From Gemmatimonadota bacterium (GTDB taxonomy: Bacteria; Gemmatimonadota; Gemmatimonadetes; Gemmatimonadales; GWC2-71-9): a DNA stretch of 27,558 nt. The translations under genes were made by a program, and so were the position numbers. Positions 23,728-27,558 of this stretch are shown one piece after another (position 1 is the stretch's first letter; each line of letters opens with the position of its first letter). A model generated the notes under the pieces. It searched no databases. It worked only from the letters and a program-made list of their open reading frames with translations, and was not told the DNA's origin. Location of the stretch: positions 1-27,558 of the forward strand of contig JBLNHD010000057.1 in the NCBI GenBank assembly GCA_050268825.1, in the 5' to 3' direction.

Positions 23728-24209
23728 GGCTCGGAGCGCTGGCGGTGGCGCTCGCGGCCTGCGCCGGGCCCGGTCCTGCCGCCGGTTCCAGGGAAGGAGC
23801 CTCCGGAATGAGCGATACCAGCTCCACGCCGCGTGCGGCCTTCCTCGGCCTGCGCACGGCGAAGTACACGGCGCGGGACCTCGGCGCGGCACGCGACTGG
23901 TACGCGCGCGTTCTCGGGATCGCACCGTATTTCGACGAGCCGTTCTACGTGGGGTTCAATGTCGGAGGCTATGAGCTCGGGATCGTTCCCGACGACAGCG
24001 CGCCGGCGGTGCGTCCCGAGGCCGGCGTCGCCTACTGGGGCGTGACCAGTGCGGACAGCGCGCACGCGCGCCTGCTCGAGCTCGGCGCCGTGGGCGTCGA
24101 GCCGGTCGAGGATGTCGGCGGCGGGATTCGCGTTGCCACGGTGCGGGACCCGTTCGGCAACCTGCTCGGCGTGATCGAGAACCCTTTCTTCAAGGCCCAG
24201 GAGCCCTGA
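23709..24209 (+). CDS. VOC/glyoxalase family protein, possibly with lipoprotein signal
   Basis: DLGAARDWYARVLG, YWGVTSAD, RLLELGA, VRDPFGNLLGVIE. Start at 23709 (LAAC lipobox) or 23808. Confidence 0.9.
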   Translation: MSRRTVGLGALAVALAACAGPGPAAGSREGASGMSDTSSTPRAAFLGLRTAKYTARDLGAARDWYARVLGIAPYFDEPFYVGFNVGGYELGIVPDDSAPAVRPEAGVAYWGVTSADSAHARLLELGAVGVEPVEDVGGGIRVATVRDPFGNLLGVIENPFFKAQEP

Positions 24210-24210
24210 C

Positions 24211-24513
24211 ATGGCCACCGGACCCGACGATCTCGGAGAAGACCGCCGCTCGTTCACCGACGACCGCGGAGAGGAGTGGACGTTCACGCGGCGGCGGCAG
24301 GTGCGCCGCAGCGACGACGACGCGTACATCGCCATCGTGGTCCGCTCGGCGCTGCAATCGCGCATCGTGACCTGCCGCGAGGACGAGTGGGACTCGCCGC
24401 GCCCGGACCTCGGGCGGCTCCTTGCGCGCTCCGTGCCGGCGGGCGGCTCACGCGCCAGCCCGGGCCCGGCGCGTCCCAACCGGAAGACACCTCCGAAGAA
24501 CGCCTCATTCTAG
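24211..24513 (+). CDS. Hypothetical protein (RSFTDxxGxxW type)
   Basis: Fills the gap exactly, beta-rich pattern with a disordered tail. Confidence 0.72.
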   Translation: MATGPDDLGEDRRSFTDDRGEEWTFTRRRQVRRSDDDAYIAIVVRSALQSRIVTCREDEWDSPRPDLGRLLARSVPAGGSRASPGPARPNRKTPPKNASF

Positions 24514-24515
24514 GC

Positions 24516-24893
24516 GTGGGGCGCGGACCGCTCTCCGGCATCGGCCAGATCGCCATCCGCGCGCTCGACACACCGCGCGCGACGGCGTTCTATCGGGACG
24601 TGCTGCGCCTTCCGCTCCTGTTCGAGGCGCCCCCGCTCGCCTTCTTCGCCGCCGGGTCCACCCGCCTGATGCTCGGCCCCGCCGAGCCACCGTTCGATCA
24701 TCCATCGTCCATCCTGTACTTCACCGTGACCGACATCCACGCCGTCCACAGTGACCTTGCGCGGCGCGGCGCCGCCTTCGAGAGCGCGCCGCAAGTGGTG
24801 CACCGGGCCGAGGACTACGAGCTCTGGATCGGGGTGTTCCGGGACTCCGAAGGCAATCCGCTGGCGATCATGGAGGAGCGTCGACCGCAATGA
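24516..24893 (+). CDS. VOC/glyoxalase family protein
   Basis: IGQIAI...ATAFYRDVL...ILYFTVTDI...FRDSEGNPLAIME. Confidence 0.92.
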   Translation: MGRGPLSGIGQIAIRALDTPRATAFYRDVLRLPLLFEAPPLAFFAAGSTRLMLGPAEPPFDHPSSILYFTVTDIHAVHSDLARRGAAFESAPQVVHRAEDYELWIGVFRDSEGNPLAIMEERRPQ

Positions 24894-25987
24894 CCCGCCT
24901 GTCCACCGTCACGCTCGCCCTGCTGCTCGCGGCGGCGCCGGGCGCGCCGGCCGACGCCCAGCAGGTCGCCGGGAACGCCGCTCGCATCGAGGCGACGATC
25001 GCGCGGGCCCGTGCGCTCATTCACGATTCGATCGGCAAGGTCGGCATTCCCGGCGTGTCGATCACCGTGATGCGCGAGGGGCGGATCCTGTGGAGCGAAG
25101 GGATCGGCTGGGCGGATCTCGAGCAGCGCGTCCCGGTCACGCCGCTCACGCGGTTCCGCATCGGCAGCGTCTCGAAGCCGGTCACCGCGGCGGCGGTGGG
25201 CCTCCTCGTCGAGGCAGGCAGGCTCGACCTCGATGCGCCCGTGCAGCGCTACGTCCCGCGCTTTCCGGAAAAGCGGTACCCCGTCACCACGCGGGTCGCC
25301 GCCGGTCACCTGGCCGGCATCCGGCACTACGAGGGCGACGAGTTCCTGAGCATGCGCCGGTACGCAACCGTGGAGGAAGGCCTCGCGATCTTCCGGGACG
25401 ATTCGCTTCTCTTCCGCCCCGGCACGCGCTTCCATTATTCGTCGTACGCCTGGAACCTCGTCAGCGCGGTGATCGAGGGCGCCAGCGGGCAGCCGTTCCT
25501 CTCGTACATGCGCGATGCGGTGTTCCGACCGCTGGGCATGCGACAGACCATCGCCGATCACGTGGACAGCATCATCCCGTTCCGTGCCCGGTGGTACACC
25601 GCCGACTCGCTCGGCCGGATCACGAACGCACCATACGTCGACAACAGCTACAAGTGGGCGGGCGGCGGATTCCTTTCCACCACCGAGGACCTGGCGCGCT
25701 TCGGCCAGGCCATGCTCGACAACGCCCTGCTCCGCGCGGAGACCTTCCGGCTGCTGACCGCCTCCCAGCGAACCCTCGCCGGCGAGGAAACCAACTACGG
25801 CATCGGATGGGCATCGCGACGTGACACGAAGGGGCGGCTCACGCTGGGGCACAGCGGCGGCTCCACCGGCGGAACGGCGTACCTCCTGCTCTATCCGGAC
25901 GAGAAGCTGGTGGTGGCGGTGCTGGCCAACGGCGACAGCCCGTTCGTCGGGGTGACACCGCGGATCGCGGAGATGTTCCTGGAGTGA
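24890..25987 (+). CDS. Secreted serine hydrolase, beta-lactamase family (LACTB-like)
   Basis: GSVSK, HLAGIRHY, YSSYAWN, VDNSYKWAGGGFLST, GHSGG. Signal peptide. Confidence 0.93.
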   Translation: MTRLSTVTLALLLAAAPGAPADAQQVAGNAARIEATIARARALIHDSIGKVGIPGVSITVMREGRILWSEGIGWADLEQRVPVTPLTRFRIGSVSKPVTAAAVGLLVEAGRLDLDAPVQRYVPRFPEKRYPVTTRVAAGHLAGIRHYEGDEFLSMRRYATVEEGLAIFRDDSLLFRPGTRFHYSSYAWNLVSAVIEGASGQPFLSYMRDAVFRPLGMRQTIADHVDSIIPFRARWYTADSLGRITNAPYVDNSYKWAGGGFLSTTEDLARFGQAMLDNALLRAETFRLLTASQRTLAGEETNYGIGWASRRDTKGRLTLGHSGGSTGGTAYLLLYPDEKLVVAVLANGDSPFVGVTPRIAEMFLE

Positions 25988-26055
25988 GTCCTCTGGCGGA
26001 TCCGACTGCCTGACCGCATCTTGGAGCGGCCCTCCCCCTCCAACAGCGATTGCCC

Positions 26056-27558
26056 ATGGACCGCATTCTCCGGAAGGCGTACCTGGCTTGTGCCCTTGCC
26101 CTTGGCTGCGGTGGGGAAAGCGGGCCATCGGGCTTCTCCGTCGCCGAGATCGTCGTGGATCCGGATCCGATCGTCCTTGCCCAGAACGGGTCGCTCCAGC
26201 TCTCGGTGTCGGCGCTCGACGGAGACGGCGCGCTGCTGACGGGCGTGCCGGTGACATTCTGGAGCGGCGACAGCGCGCTCGTGCTCGTCGGCGCGACGGG
26301 CATCGTCTCGTCGGTCGGTCCCGCAGGGTCGTCGACGATTTCCGTCAAGGCAGGTAGCCGCACCGAACAGTTTGCGGTCACGGTCTCCGCGGTCTCGAGC
26401 GCAGTGACGCTGAGCCCGAATCCCGGCGTCATCCCGCAACTCGGGACCCTGCAGATGCAGGCCGCGCTGCTCGACGTCACCGGCGCGCCGGTGCCGGGTG
26501 CCACGTTCACGTTCGTGTCGTCCGATCCGGGGATTGCCACCGTATCGCCCTCGGGGCTGGTCACGTCGGTCGGGCCCGCGGGTCAGGTCCTCATCAGTGC
26601 CACGTCCGGAAGCCTCGCGGGACAGGCGACGCTGGCCGTGACACAGATCGCCACGACGCTCGCCGTAAGTCCGAATCCGGTCCTCATCGCCCCTGGCGGC
26701 TCGGTGGCACTGCAAACGTCGGTGACCGACGCCGTGGGCGCGCCGATCCCCGGCGCTGCGGCGACCTACACCGTGACCTCCGGCCCGCTCACGGTTTCGA
26801 ACGCGGGCGTGATCACGTGCCCGGAGGGATCGCCACTGGGCACCGGATCCATCACGGTCCAGTCCGGAACCCTGAGCACGCAGATCGCGGTCGAGATCGT
26901 CGCAGCCGCGCACCCGGAGGGTATCCTGCAGACGACCACGCCGTTCAGCGGCGCCGCCTATGGCGTCGCGGTCTCGCGCACCGGCGTGATCTGGGTCATC
27001 GGCATCGAAGGGCAGCTCGGCCGCGGCGCCCTCCCCGGCACCTCGTTCGTGATGAGCAGCACCGGAACCGGCACCAGCATCGGCGTCGCGTTCGATCCCG
27101 GCGGCGCCACCGCCTACATCACGGGGGCCCCCTCCGGCGGCGTCGGCGAGTTCAGCGTGAGCTCGGGCCTGCCGCTCCGCTCGATCCCGGGCCTGATCGG
27201 AACACCCTTCGACGTGAAGACCTCACCCGACGGCTCCCGGATCTACGTGAGCACCGCCGAGGGCAAGGTGTACTTCATCGACCGGAGCTCGTTCACCGTC
27301 GTCGACGAGGTCTCCATCGGAGCGGGCCCCGCGGTACATCTCGCCGTGCATCAAACACAGCCGCTGGTCTACGCGAGCTCCCCGGGACTGCCGGACGTCG
27401 TGGAGATCAACACCGTGACGAAGCTGCAGCGCCGCTTCCCGGTGGGCGGCTCGCCTCAGGCCATCGGCCTCACGCCGGACGGCACGCGCCTGTACGTCGC
27501 GAACGAATTCAGTGGAAGGTTCAACTTCATCACGCTCGCCTCGGGTGTGGTCTCACCG
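26056..27558 (+). CDS. Lipoprotein with three BIG2 Ig-like repeats and a YVTN-type beta-propeller (truncated at window end)
   Basis: Not in the ORF track. Open frame from ATG 26056 (MDRILRKAYLACALALGC) to the edge, with FVSSDPGIATVSPSGLVT, TSPDGSRIYVS and LTPDGTRLYVAN. Confidence 0.9.
   Translation, partial: MDRILRKAYLACALALGCGGESGPSGFSVAEIVVDPDPIVLAQNGSLQLSVSALDGDGALLTGVPVTFWSGDSALVLVGATGIVSSVGPAGSSTISVKAGSRTEQFAVTVSAVSSAVTLSPNPGVIPQLGTLQMQAALLDVTGAPVPGATFTFVSSDPGIATVSPSGLVTSVGPAGQVLISATSGSLAGQATLAVTQIATTLAVSPNPVLIAPGGSVALQTSVTDAVGAPIPGAAATYTVTSGPLTVSNAGVITCPEGSPLGTGSITVQSGTLSTQIAVEIVAAAHPEGILQTTTPFSGAAYGVAVSRTGVIWVIGIEGQLGRGALPGTSFVMSSTGTGTSIGVAFDPGGATAYITGAPSGGVGEFSVSSGLPLRSIPGLIGTPFDVKTSPDGSRIYVSTAEGKVYFIDRSSFTVVDEVSIGAGPAVHLAVHQTQPLVYASSPGLPDVVEINTVTKLQRRFPVGGSPQAIGLTPDGTRLYVANEFSGRFNFITLASGVVSP
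26146..26910 (+). repeat. Three tandem 85-aa (255-bp) Ig-like repeats
   Basis: Equivalent Pro codons (VDPDP/LSPNP/VSPNP) at 26161, 26416 and 26671. SVGPAG recurs 255 bp apart. Confidence 0.85.

Noticed and set aside
1-27558. CRISPR array, tRNA/rRNA, transposase, integrase, prophage
   Set aside because: No regularly spaced repeats, cloverleafs or relevant protein motifs seen. The hairpins found share no common sequence.

Overview
High-GC bacterial chromosomal segment, densely coding, about 42 CDS. Gene style (GWxTD lipoprotein, stand-alone Hanks kinase, many lipoproteins, BIG2 Ig-repeat protein) suggests Gemmatimonadota; this is inference, not a database result. Left to right: 5' part of polA, whose frame switches abruptly into RNase II/R (RNB)-like sequence near 143-155; GWxTD lipoprotein; Ser/Thr kinase-pyrE pair; J-domain/wHTH protein; SIMPL; Ddl-like ATP-grasp; a hypothetical-Imm8-hydrolase trio; SRPBCC-Zn-ADH-small protein operon; YihY; Tat-exported DsrE-like protein; M14-RidA-TMEM220-DUF983-serine hydrolase operon; XRE/membrane pair; then an 8.4 kb all-plus-strand run of small, mostly exported genes ending in a truncated Ig-repeat/beta-propeller lipoprotein. 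No tRNA, rRNA, CRISPR, transposase, integrase or attC site was seen. Most notable: the polA/RNB junction, back-to-back sigma54-like promoters, a CRP/FNR-type site at -41.5, a MinD-like membrane-targeting tail on the kinase, an orphan Imm8 coupled to an uncharacterised gene, and a LACTB-like hydrolase. All family calls come from motif recognition by eye, without searches.
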